Position numbers and translations under genes: made by a program. From contig CAVOVB010000002.1 in assembly GCA_963699755.1 (NCBI GenBank), positions 384,001-448,000 on the forward strand: DNA of 64,000 nucleotides, given 5' to 3'. Positions 29,990 through 38,841 of the stretch are shown here, one piece after another; within the stretch, counting starts at the first letter, position 1; every line of letters starts with the position of its first letter. Source of the DNA: an uncultured delta proteobacterium (GTDB lineage: Bacteria; Myxococcota_A; Polyangia; Polyangiales; Houyiibacteriaceae). The notes below the pieces were generated by a model. That model searched no databases, was not told the origin of the DNA, and saw only the letters and a program-made list of their open reading frames with translations.

Positions 29990-30415
29990 CTATCTCGGCT
30001 CTCGGGTGAGCGGGTCGGTCACCAGCCCCATCTTTCCAATCCCGGCCTGACGCACGAGGGCGAGCACCTGGGCGACGGCACCGTAGGGAACCTCTTCGTC
30101 CGCTTGAACGAACACTTCATCCACGTCGCGAATCCGCTCGTCGGTGACTAGGCGCTGCCGCAAGACGTCGAGCGAAACCTCTTCGTCGAAGAGAAAGATT
30201 CGCTGGTCGCGTTGCACGGTGATCAGCGGCTGGTCCTCATTGATGTCCATGCGGGGCGCGTCTGCTTTTGGGAGGTCGACGTTCACGCCCGTGGTCAGCA
30301 TCGGCGCGGCAACCATGAAGATGATCAGCAAGACGAGCATGACGTCGACCAGCGGTGTGACGTTGATTTCGCTGAGTGCTCTACCCTCTCCCCCGCTGTC
30401 GTTCGAGAACGCCAT
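29990..30415 (-). CDS. tolR: TolR/ExbD
   Basis: SEINVTPLVDVMLVLLIIFMVAAP, QADEEVPYG. Confidence 0.9.
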   Translation of the reverse strand: MAFSNDSGGEGRALSEINVTPLVDVMLVLLIIFMVAAPMLTTGVNVDLPKADAPRMDINEDQPLITVQRDQRIFLFDEEVSLDVLRQRLVTDERIRDVDEVFVQADEEVPYGAVAQVLALVRQAGIGKMGLVTDPLTREPR

Positions 30416-30418
30416 CGT

Positions 30419-31141
30419 CTACTCCACCAACAAGTGGCGACGAATGATATTCAAGTAGTCACTGGCAAAGGCGGCCGTCTCGCTGTCGACGACACGAATT
30501 CGTCGGACGAAGTAGTTGTAGGCCATCACCGCGGGAATCGCGGCGGCCAATCCGATGGCGGTCGCGATCAGCGCCTCAGCGATCCCTGGCGCGACGACGT
30601 CGAGCCCTGCGCTCTTCTCGCCATGGATCGCGATGAAGGAGTTCATCACGCCCCAAACCGTGCCGAAAAGCCCGATGAAAGGGGCGGTCGAGGCGGTGGT
30701 CGCCAAAAATGACACCTTGTTTTCGAGCCGGGTCAGCTCCGCGCTCTGCGCCCGCCGAAGAGCGCGCTCCACGTTGCCGATGTCTTCTCTGGTCGGGCGT
30801 CCCTCGCGAGCGATGCGCCCAAGCTCGCGATAGCCTGCGCGAAATACGGTCGCGATAGGCGAGCGATCGTACGCCGCCGATCGGCTGTGGATCTCATTCA
30901 GCGCCTTTGCGTTCCAGATGCGAGCTCTTTCCTCCGACCAGAATAGCGCGAGAAAGCGCCGGCTCTGATCGGTGACCTGCTTCAAGCGCATCCACTTGGC
31001 CCCGATGATGTACAGACACATCATCAACATGAAGAGCAGGACCAGCAGCACGAACTGGACCACCGGCGAGGCGCCGATGACCAGTTGCCAAGGATTGAGT
31101 TCTTGTGGTGCGCTCGTCTGAAGGAAAACCGACAGCATCAA
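30419..31141 (-). CDS. tolQ: TolQ/ExbB
   Basis: APFIGLFGTVWGVMNSF, VAPGIAEALIATAIGLAAAIPAV. Confidence 0.92.
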   Translation of the reverse strand: MMLSVFLQTSAPQELNPWQLVIGASPVVQFVLLVLLFMLMMCLYIIGAKWMRLKQVTDQSRRFLALFWSEERARIWNAKALNEIHSRSAAYDRSPIATVFRAGYRELGRIAREGRPTREDIGNVERALRRAQSAELTRLENKVSFLATTASTAPFIGLFGTVWGVMNSFIAIHGEKSAGLDVVAPGIAEALIATAIGLAAAIPAVMAYNYFVRRIRVVDSETAAFASDYLNIIRRHLLVE

Positions 31142-31175
31142 TGGCCACCCCCCACGAGCGCACCCCCCATCGGCG

Positions 31176-31676
31176 TCAGTTCTCGGAACCGGTCACGTTA
31201 CGGTCGCGCGCCCAGCCCGCTTCGTCGGTGCCAGTCGCCATCTCCTCGCCTACCGAAGTGATCCTGAGGCGGCTGCCATCCAAGCCCAGCGAGATGAGGT
31301 AGCTCCGAACCGAGCTCGCGCGGCGCTCGCCAAGGGCGATGTTGTACTCCTCGGTCCCACGCGGGTCGCACGCACCGGTGAGAAGAAGTGAAAGCCCCGG
31401 ATCTGCTTGACCGCGGTAGCACTCGGCCGCTTCCTGAAGCGCGGCGCGCGCGCTGCTGTCGAGCTCTGCCGAGTCGAACGCAAAATAGACCGTCTCGATG
31501 ACGCAGGGTTCTGCGACAGGCTCGACGGAAATCTCCGGTTCCGGCTCGGGCTCTTCCCAGCCGGTCGTCACCTCGGGCTCGGGCTCCGCCACTTCCTTCT
31601 TGCAGGCCACCAGCATGGTCGCGAAAAGCGCGAGACACATGAGCACGGTGAAAGATGAATTGAGATATCCCTTCAT
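31176..31676 (-). CDS. pal: Peptidoglycan-associated lipoprotein Pal (OmpA family)
   Basis: Lipobox LVAC, VYFAFDSAEL, CDPRGTEEYNIALGERRA. Confidence 0.88.
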   Translation of the reverse strand: MKGYLNSSFTVLMCLALFATMLVACKKEVAEPEPEVTTGWEEPEPEPEISVEPVAEPCVIETVYFAFDSAELDSSARAALQEAAECYRGQADPGLSLLLTGACDPRGTEEYNIALGERRASSVRSYLISLGLDGSRLRITSVGEEMATGTDEAGWARDRNVTGSEN

Positions 31677-31721
31677 GGAGTTCCTTTTCCTTCCCCTCTT
31701 AACTCAGAGAGCACGAGCGCC

Positions 31722-31749
31722 AGCATAGTCCCAGGGTGGTTACACGCAA
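31722..31749 (-). promoter_or_regulatory. Possible sigma70 promoter for the pal-tol operon
   Basis: TTGCGT-16 nt-TATGCT on the minus strand in an AT-richer intergenic region. Confidence 0.35.
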
Positions 31750-31866
31750 TTTCCTATTACCTGCGTGGGGTTAAGTAGGGCACTCTTTCGTCATCTAAAT
31801 ACGCGAAGTCATTTGCCCCGGTCAATGATGTCGCTAATTGTATTGCAGCGATATCGAGCAAGCCGG

Positions 31867-32571
31867 ATGACCCCCAAAGCAGTTTCCCTTCTCGCCCTTC
31901 TGACAGCCCTCAGCCCCGGGTGCAACGGCAGACCCGCCGAAAACCACTCGGAGGCTGCCACCTCAAGGGCGAAGCACGAGCACTCGGCTGGCTCGGAGCA
32001 GCAGTTCCCCGATCCCCAGGCCTACGCCCATAGCCTCGATGACCCCTCGCGCGACGACTGGCAGAAGCCCCAAGAGCTGGTCGAACACCTCCAATGTAGG
32101 CCCGGCATGACGGTGGTCGATCTCGGGGCAGGCACTGGGTACTTGGTGGGCTACCTGTCCAAAGCGGTGGGCCCAGAGGGTCGGGTGCTGGCCCTCGACA
32201 CGGAGCGCGCGATGGTCGAGACGATAGACCGGCGAATCGAGCGAGACTCGCTTCGAAACGTGAGGACGGGCGTGGTCGAGGCAGACGACCCGGCGCTGGC
32301 GCCTCGCTCCGTCGATCGAATCCTGGTCGTCAACACATGGCATCATATCCCCGAGCGCGTCGAGTATGCCGAGAAGCTGCGCAGAGCCCTGGCCCCGGGC
32401 GGCCTGCTTCTGATCGTCGATTTCACCTCGGAGAGCCCCCACGGGCCGCCTTCACAGATGCGACTCACAGACGATACAGTACGGCGTGAGCTGGAGTCGG
32501 CCGGGTTCGAGACCGAGCTCCTGGACGAGTCACTCCCAGATCAGTACCTGGTCGCTGGACGCCTCCCTTAG
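31867..32571 (+). CDS. Class I SAM-dependent methyltransferase with lipoprotein-like N-terminus
   Basis: VVDLGAGTGY motif I, RDDWQKP, VNTWHH; signal ending LSPGC. Confidence 0.82.
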   Translation: MTPKAVSLLALLTALSPGCNGRPAENHSEAATSRAKHEHSAGSEQQFPDPQAYAHSLDDPSRDDWQKPQELVEHLQCRPGMTVVDLGAGTGYLVGYLSKAVGPEGRVLALDTERAMVETIDRRIERDSLRNVRTGVVEADDPALAPRSVDRILVVNTWHHIPERVEYAEKLRRALAPGGLLLIVDFTSESPHGPPSQMRLTDDTVRRELESAGFETELLDESLPDQYLVAGRLP

Positions 32572-33704
32572 CTCAGTGCGTCACGCTGTAGTGCGTGACC
32601 GAGCTTGGTACCCAGGAGCGTGGCGAGCATTGCGGCGCGGCTACGCTGCCGTCGAAGCTGCGAGGCGAAGCGCGCTCGTGTCGGAAGCGAGATCCAAAGC
32701 CGGAGCAGGTGACGCTTGCGCGCTGGCTCCGAAAACTCCTCGTAGTCGGTCCGCGCGTGAAGCACCGTGTGGTTCGAGAGGAGCTGCACGTCCCCTGGCT
32801 CGAGATCCATCTCGAGGTAGAATTCCGGGGAGTCCGCGATTTGGTTGTAAAGGTCGAGCAGCGCGCGGTCCTCGGCCGAGAGCAGTACCTTCCCGTCGAA
32901 GCCAACCGGCGAGCGGAAGTAGTCGCTGTGGTAGAACGTTCGCAGGCAGCCGTCATCGAAACAGCAGGGACGCACGGGGATGTACCGCACCCCGCCTTCA
33001 CCCTTGGTGTCCATCATGAAGGGCTCGTACAAGCGATCGACCAAGTCGGGCCGTCTGCGCAAGAGCTCGTTGTAGATTGAAATCGAGCTCGCGATCCGGC
33101 TTTGGCCCCCGCGCCTGGCTTGATGGAGACAGAGGAGCCCCACGACGTCGGCGGCGTCGCAGTGGAAGTTGATGTTCGCGCGCGTTCGGTAGTGACGCAC
33201 CTGGTCCGGGCTCTCCCCCGTGTCGCGCACGTGCCCGAGAAGGTCAGCTTCTGGGTTCTGCGCGCCAGGGATTCCGAAGTGCTGTCCGAAGCACCAGAAG
33301 AAAAGCTCGCTGTCGCCCTGGGGCCAGCGCTCGGTCGGAATCCCCCGCAGCACCTGAAAGCCGCGCCCCGACCAGACTTCCTCTCTCCAGCGATCGATCT
33401 TCTTCGCAATTGTCGGCAGTGGGAAGTCCTTCTCGGACAGCTTGCACATCGGCTTACCGGTCCGCTTCGCGGTGGCGATCGCCCGCTCGAGCTCGGCGAT
33501 GTCTGCGGCGGTCAAGGCCTCGCGCCAATCGTCCCGCTGCTGGAGCGCTCGCCCCTTCCAGGCCGCCGCAATGTTCAAGGGCTCGCGAAGCACGCGCTCT
33601 TGCGGCCGCGCGAAGTAGTGGAGCGTCTGAGCGGTGAGGGTCTTGTACACGTCTGGCGAATGGGTTCGGAGGCGCATATGTTGCGGCACCATTGGCTTGT
33701 CCAC
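32568..33704 (-). CDS. TauD/TfdA-family Fe(II)/2-oxoglutarate dioxygenase
   Basis: FHCD (HxD), NHTVLHART, RHLLRLW. Confidence 0.85.
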   Translation of the reverse strand: MDKPMVPQHMRLRTHSPDVYKTLTAQTLHYFARPQERVLREPLNIAAAWKGRALQQRDDWREALTAADIAELERAIATAKRTGKPMCKLSEKDFPLPTIAKKIDRWREEVWSGRGFQVLRGIPTERWPQGDSELFFWCFGQHFGIPGAQNPEADLLGHVRDTGESPDQVRHYRTRANINFHCDAADVVGLLCLHQARRGGQSRIASSISIYNELLRRRPDLVDRLYEPFMMDTKGEGGVRYIPVRPCCFDDGCLRTFYHSDYFRSPVGFDGKVLLSAEDRALLDLYNQIADSPEFYLEMDLEPGDVQLLSNHTVLHARTDYEEFSEPARKRHLLRLWISLPTRARFASQLRRQRSRAAMLATLLGTKLGHALQRDALS

Positions 33705-33737
33705 AAGCCGGTCTTATAAGAACCGAGGAGGCTAACG

Positions 33738-34133
33738 ATGAGTGACCCAAGCTATGCGTTTTCCAAACAGCTCGACGGCGTGTCGATGGACGAGGCGCTC
33801 GAAAAGGTGGCCGAGGCACTTAGGGCAAACGGTTTTGGTGTGCTCACCAAGATCGACGTGAAAGAGACTTTGAAGAAGAAGATCGACGTTGACTTTCGCC
33901 CCTACGTGATCCTCGGCGCGTGCAATCCGAGGCTCGCATACAAAGCGCTACAAGGGGAGTCCTACATCGGCCTGCTCTTGCCGTGCAACGTGGTCGTGCA
34001 GGAGTCGGAGGGCGGCGCGCTGGTGTCGTTTGCCGACCCGAAGGCGATGTTCGAGCTCGCGCCCGATGCGCCGATCGAAGAGGTCGCCACCGAGGCACGG
34101 CGACTCCTGCAGAACGCCAGAGATCAACTCTGA
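33738..34133 (+). CDS. DUF302-family protein
   Basis: GFGVLTKIDV, Y.ILGACNP, IGLLLPCNVVV; GAGGAGG RBS. Confidence 0.9.
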   Translation: MSDPSYAFSKQLDGVSMDEALEKVAEALRANGFGVLTKIDVKETLKKKIDVDFRPYVILGACNPRLAYKALQGESYIGLLLPCNVVVQESEGGALVSFADPKAMFELAPDAPIEEVATEARRLLQNARDQL

Positions 34134-34155
34134 GCCAGGCACGCGCTGCGGGCGG

Positions 34156-35400
34156 TCAGTCCGAGAGCGAGACGTCGAATTCCTCGCAGTACGCTGCGAA
34201 GCGCTCGCGGATCTCCCGGGGATCGAGGTTGAAATCCTGGGGCGCGTAGCGGTGAACCCCACGGCTCCCGCGCGGATTGGCCGTGAGGAAGGCGGCCATT
34301 CGGTCTCGGGCCGCGTCGGTGAATTCGAGGCCGAAATGGGCATAGGCGCGGCGCAAGAGGTCGACTGGATCGCGCAGGGTGTCCTCGAAGTGTGCGTCGA
34401 AAAACTGACCGGGCTTGTCCCGGTGCCGTCGTCGCGCTTCGACCGCGCGCCGGAGGTAGAGCGACCAGACGTCCATGACGTTGCGGCCGATGCGGGCCGG
34501 GTCGACGGAGTCGGAGTTCATGGAGCGGAATGCATAGTGAAGGCTCGAAAGGGAGGGCATCACGGACAACGGATCACGGTGCGTGTGGATGATCAATGCG
34601 TCGGGATAAACCTCGAGCAACTCATCGAGCGCAGGGAGGTGAGCCGGGCTCTTCAATACCCAGCGGTCCAACATGTACTTGCTCTGCAGGTGTTGTAGGA
34701 ACCTCTTATGGAACTCGTACGAGCGCACCATGCTCTGCTGATTCAGCCAGGCCTGGTAGCTCGGCACATGGAACGTGATGTGAAACTGGACGGTCAGAAG
34801 CTCGTGCGCGTTGATCGGGACGCACTCCTGGGGAAGAAGCGCACCGAACTCGTGGATCGCGGGCAGCGTCGGGATGAGGCGATCGAGGTTGCCAAAGAGC
34901 TTTTCGGCATCCTTGATTCGTGGGTCGCTGTGATAGGTTTCAGCCTCGGGCGGCGGGACGGGCCATTCGACTTCCCAGCTGAGTGGAGGACGGTTCCGCG
35001 GGTCCTGCGACAACATGTTGAACAAGATCGTGGTCCCGGTACGCGGCAGCCCGACGATGAAGATCGGCCGCTCGATCACTTCGTTCGCCACCTTGGGATG
35101 TGCGGTCCGGTACTCCTGCAGTCGCAGACGGTTCGTCAGGTAGCGAAGGAGCGTCTCGCGGCAGCTGATGCGGCCAAGGGTGCTCAGGTCGCCCTCTCGT
35201 TCGACCGAATCGACGAATACCTCGAGCCCTTCGCGAAATTCGTCGCCGCCGAAGTCGGTCGAGCCCGCTCGGCGGATCGCGGCATCGATCAGGCCCTGGG
35301 GATCGAGCGACGGGAGGTTCCAGCCCATGCCGCGCAGGCCTGCGCCCGCGGCATTGAGCGCTTTGATGCCGAGGGGGCGATGGGGTGGGGGAAGGGACAC
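34156..35400 (-). CDS. PAPS-dependent sulfotransferase
   Basis: IVGLPRTGTT 5'-PSB motif, WVLKSPAH, THRDP..S 3'-PB motif. Confidence 0.88.
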   Translation of the reverse strand: MSLPPPHRPLGIKALNAAGAGLRGMGWNLPSLDPQGLIDAAIRRAGSTDFGGDEFREGLEVFVDSVEREGDLSTLGRISCRETLLRYLTNRLRLQEYRTAHPKVANEVIERPIFIVGLPRTGTTILFNMLSQDPRNRPPLSWEVEWPVPPPEAETYHSDPRIKDAEKLFGNLDRLIPTLPAIHEFGALLPQECVPINAHELLTVQFHITFHVPSYQAWLNQQSMVRSYEFHKRFLQHLQSKYMLDRWVLKSPAHLPALDELLEVYPDALIIHTHRDPLSVMPSLSSLHYAFRSMNSDSVDPARIGRNVMDVWSLYLRRAVEARRRHRDKPGQFFDAHFEDTLRDPVDLLRRAYAHFGLEFTDAARDRMAAFLTANPRGSRGVHRYAPQDFNLDPREIRERFAAYCEEFDVSLSD

Positions 35401-35458
35401 GGGGCTACGGGAAGTTTGCGCTTGATGAAGCTGCGCGCGGACGTGCTAGCACGCGAGC

Positions 35459-37081
35459 ATGGCAACGGTAAAGAACGGCTGGATTCGATGGATCCTGCCT
35501 CTCGCCATGGCGGTCATCACGGTTTGGCTGCTGGGCCGGCGCGGCAGTGAGAAGAACGTCGAGGCTCCTCTTCCAGCGCCGATCCTGGCTGAGGGGCGCC
35601 CTGCATTTCGCCAAAGCAAGACCGACTCGAATCTCAGCCCGCAGTATTTCGATAGCATCTGGCCTGCGGGGCATCGGGACAGCGCCAACTCCGACTTCGT
35701 TCCCCTCGAGCTTGGCGCCTCGTTCGAGCTCGAGAAGCACTTGCTGCAGGGCCACCCTATCTTCTGGCCGCCCACCATCGGACTTGATGGCACTTCATAC
35801 GTGGTGACCGGCGCGCCCCCCGGGAACAGCCACCTCTTCGCGATCTCGGACGATGGTGAAGTGCTCTGGTCTGCGAAGCCACAGGATTCGCTCGATGACC
35901 TCGACTCGTTCGCGATCATGAACGCGCCGACAATCGACGCCGAAGGCGATCTATACCTGGGCGACCGCGACCAGCTCTGGGCCTTCAAGCCCAACGGCGA
36001 ACTGAAATGGGTCGTCGATCTAAAGCAGTACGGCGTCGACTGGGGATTCATGACGGTCGTGCTGAGCCGCCAGCGATACGTCGGCGGCGTGACGACCGAT
36101 GGCAAGGTCTTATTCTTCTGGTCCCACAACGGCGAGCTCGCGATGCCCCCGCTGGAGCTCCCTGGCGGCCCAGGCCCCGCTGCTCGAGACGAGCCACCGG
36201 AGTTCTTGTGGAAGGACTTGATGGACCCGGACCTCATCCCTTTCCTTTTCAACTTGATCCAGGGCTGGGAGCTCGAAGTCGCAAACACCCCCGCGTTGCA
36301 TCCGGAGACCGGCCGGCTCTACATCACCGCAGCCGGCTCGAGCCCCGGCACCGGCGTGCTCTACGGGATTGACATCAGCGACGATGCCCTTCGCATCGCG
36401 TTCCAGGCACCGATGGGTGGCGGAAGCGGCACCAGTCCGGCCATCTCGCACGACGGAACCTCGGTCTATGCGGTCGACGAACGCGGAAGGATGGTTGCGA
36501 TCGATGCGCAGACCGGGAAGCGGCTCTGGCAGAGCGCGGAGGGCGGTGGCGGGTCCGCGTCGCCCAGCATCGGTCCGGATGAGACGATCTACACCCCCTT
36601 CCAGGACCGAATCACCGCGTACCGGAACAACGGTGAGGTGCGCTGGGAGAAATCGTACGACGGCCTTTGCAAGGAACGGCTTCCTGAGCCCGGCGGTGTC
36701 TGGAGCTACGTGCTCTCCGAACCGGTCGCCTTCGTCGACAGTATCCTCACGGTCGGCATGCGACGCGGTTGGATGAACGTCATTTGCGGCTATTACCTGC
36801 CCAAGTTGCTTTCACGAAGCGATCGAACCCGAGTGCCGGTCCCGCAGCAATCGCTCTTCGTCACCTTCGATCTCGCATCGGGCGAACCGGTGGCTGAGCC
36901 CTTGCTGCTTCCGGAGACGAGCGAGGGTTTCGTCACGCCGCTTCCAAACGGCAAGGTGATGATCACGACCTCGGGCGCGATCACCTCGATCTTCTACTAC
37001 ATGGTCAATCGCATTCTGCCGGAGCGACTACAGGTCGCCGGTCCGCCCAAAGCCGGCCTTCTGCTGTTGAAGCCGCGATGA
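35459..37081 (+). CDS. Membrane-anchored PQQ-like beta-propeller protein
   Basis: N-terminal TM; AISDDGEVLW, AFKPNGELKW, AIDAQTGKRLW. Confidence 0.75.
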   Translation: MATVKNGWIRWILPLAMAVITVWLLGRRGSEKNVEAPLPAPILAEGRPAFRQSKTDSNLSPQYFDSIWPAGHRDSANSDFVPLELGASFELEKHLLQGHPIFWPPTIGLDGTSYVVTGAPPGNSHLFAISDDGEVLWSAKPQDSLDDLDSFAIMNAPTIDAEGDLYLGDRDQLWAFKPNGELKWVVDLKQYGVDWGFMTVVLSRQRYVGGVTTDGKVLFFWSHNGELAMPPLELPGGPGPAARDEPPEFLWKDLMDPDLIPFLFNLIQGWELEVANTPALHPETGRLYITAAGSSPGTGVLYGIDISDDALRIAFQAPMGGGSGTSPAISHDGTSVYAVDERGRMVAIDAQTGKRLWQSAEGGGGSASPSIGPDETIYTPFQDRITAYRNNGEVRWEKSYDGLCKERLPEPGGVWSYVLSEPVAFVDSILTVGMRRGWMNVICGYYLPKLLSRSDRTRVPVPQQSLFVTFDLASGEPVAEPLLLPETSEGFVTPLPNGKVMITTSGAITSIFYYMVNRILPERLQVAGPPKAGLLLLKPR

Positions 37082-37485
37082 CCGAGCTGCCGGCACATCT
37101 GCTCTTCTACGACGGCGTCTGCGCGATGTGTAACGGCATCGTCAAGAAGATGCTGCGCGGCGACAGGGCGCGGCTTTTTCGCTTCGCACCGCTCCAGGGC
37201 GAAACCGCAGAGCTCGCGCGGAAGCTGTATTCAGACTTCCCGAGCGAAATCGAAACCCTGGTCTATGTTCGACGGGGCGAGCTGTTCCTGCGCTCGCGCG
37301 CCGCGCTCTTCGCCATGCAAGAGATGCCCTACCCCGCCAAGGCCCTCTCCTGGCTTCGCTTCTTGCCGGTCTGGCTCACCGACTTCTTCTACGGAATCGT
37401 CGCCCGCACTCGATACCGCGTCTTCGGGAAGTACGATCGATGCCCAGTTCCACCCGCAGAAGATCGGGCCCGATTCCTGCCCTGA
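37078..37485 (+). CDS. DCC-family thiol-disulfide oxidoreductase (DUF393)
   Basis: FYDGVCAMC, FAPLQ, YGIVARTRYRVFGK..C; ATGA overlap with upstream gene. Confidence 0.88.
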   Translation: MTELPAHLLFYDGVCAMCNGIVKKMLRGDRARLFRFAPLQGETAELARKLYSDFPSEIETLVYVRRGELFLRSRAALFAMQEMPYPAKALSWLRFLPVWLTDFFYGIVARTRYRVFGKYDRCPVPPAEDRARFLP

Positions 37486-37564
37486 GGCGGCGCAGGCACG
37501 TCGATGTAAGTAATTGTCTCACCCATTTGGGCGAAGGCCCCTGGGTTGCTAGGCTGGCTACAGC

Positions 37565-38233
37565 ATGGGGAATCGGTTCTTGCTTGGAGCGTTGGTCGCG
37601 CTGGCGCTGGGGTGTGAAGGCGCGATGGCGACCGAACCGCCCCGCAACGGGGCCGGTGGGACTGACACTGCCATTGACGCTGGCACCGGCGCCGGTGGAA
37701 GCAGCGGCGGACCCGGAGGAACTGCGGGCACCGGCGGAATCGCTGGCACCGGCGGAATCGCTGGCACCGGAGGCGATCCCGGTCGCTGCGCGGGCGGACC
37801 ACTCCCAGCGCCGATCCCCAACTGCGCCCCGACGCCCGTCCCGAACACCGGAGATGTTCGCGCCGATTGTGTGGCGCGGATCAATCAGTTCCGTTGGGAC
37901 TGCCAGTGCCTCCCGGCGCTGGAGCGCTGGAACGAGGGCGAGAGCTGCGCCGACCAGCACGCCGAGTACGACAGCACCCGCAGCGCGCACTCGGGTTTTC
38001 GAGACCGCGTCTGCTCACCCGGAGGCTGGGCGCAGAACGAGTGCCCCGGCTGGAATTCCACGCAGCACATCATCACGGGCTGCCTTCAAGCGATGTGGGA
38101 CGAGGGTCCCGGCGAGCCGTTCTCGGTGCACGGTCACTACATCAACATGACGAACCCTGGGTATAGCAGGGTGGCCTGCGGTTTCTTTACGACGCCCTCG
38201 GGCAGCGTCTGGGGTGTTCAGAACTTCGAATGA
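37565..38233 (+). CDS. Lipoprotein with Cys-rich CAP/SCP-like domain (copy 1)
   Basis: Lipobox ALGC, GGTAGTGG linker, RINQFR, AQNE, GHYINM.N..Y.RVACG..QNF. Confidence 0.72.
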   Translation: MGNRFLLGALVALALGCEGAMATEPPRNGAGGTDTAIDAGTGAGGSSGGPGGTAGTGGIAGTGGIAGTGGDPGRCAGGPLPAPIPNCAPTPVPNTGDVRADCVARINQFRWDCQCLPALERWNEGESCADQHAEYDSTRSAHSGFRDRVCSPGGWAQNECPGWNSTQHIITGCLQAMWDEGPGEPFSVHGHYINMTNPGYSRVACGFFTTPSGSVWGVQNFE

Positions 38234-38243
38234 GGGGGCGCTG

Positions 38244-38828
38244 ATGGGTGGTTTGACGAAGACAGTGCTTACGGTTTGCCTAGTCGCCACGGGATGCGGC
38301 GAGTTCTCGCTCGACCCGGGCGCCGGCGGCCCGGGAGGCGGAACCGGTGGAACGGTAGGCGACCCGCGCTTCATCGCCGACTGCAGCAGCGGCCCCCTCG
38401 CTGCGCCCTTGCCCAACTGCCAGCCTGAGCCTTTGCCGAGCACCGCTGACCCGTACGCCGACTGCGTGACCCGCATCAATCAGCTCCGCTGGGAATGCCA
38501 GTGCCTCCCTGCGCTGGAGCGCTGGAACGAGGGCGAGAGCTGCGCCGACCAGCACGCCGAGTACGACAGCACCCGCAGCGCGCACTCGGGTTTTCGAGAC
38601 AACATCTGCTCCGAGCGAGGCTGGGCGCAAAACGAATGCCCGGGTTGGCCCTCCGAGGAGCGCATCATCACGGGCTGCCTTCAAGCGATGTGGGACGAGG
38701 GTCCCGGCGAGCCCTTCTCGGTGCACGGTCATTACATCAACATGACCAACACCTCGTACAGCATGGTCGCCTGCGGCTTCTACGAAACCGCCGACGGCCA
38801 GTTCTGGTCGGTGCAGAACTTCCAGTAG
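38244..38828 (+). CDS. Lipoprotein with Cys-rich CAP/SCP-like domain (copy 2)
   Basis: Lipobox ATGC; same domain as the upstream gene with blocks of identical DNA. Confidence 0.72.
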   Translation: MGGLTKTVLTVCLVATGCGEFSLDPGAGGPGGGTGGTVGDPRFIADCSSGPLAAPLPNCQPEPLPSTADPYADCVTRINQLRWECQCLPALERWNEGESCADQHAEYDSTRSAHSGFRDNICSERGWAQNECPGWPSEERIITGCLQAMWDEGPGEPFSVHGHYINMTNTSYSMVACGFYETADGQFWSVQNFQ

Positions 38829-38841
38829 CCAAGGGCGAAAG

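Noticed and set aside
37565..38828. Diversity-generating retroelement template/variable repeat pair
   Set aside because: Differences between the copies are not adenine-specific, both copies are intact genes, and there is no reverse transcriptase in the window
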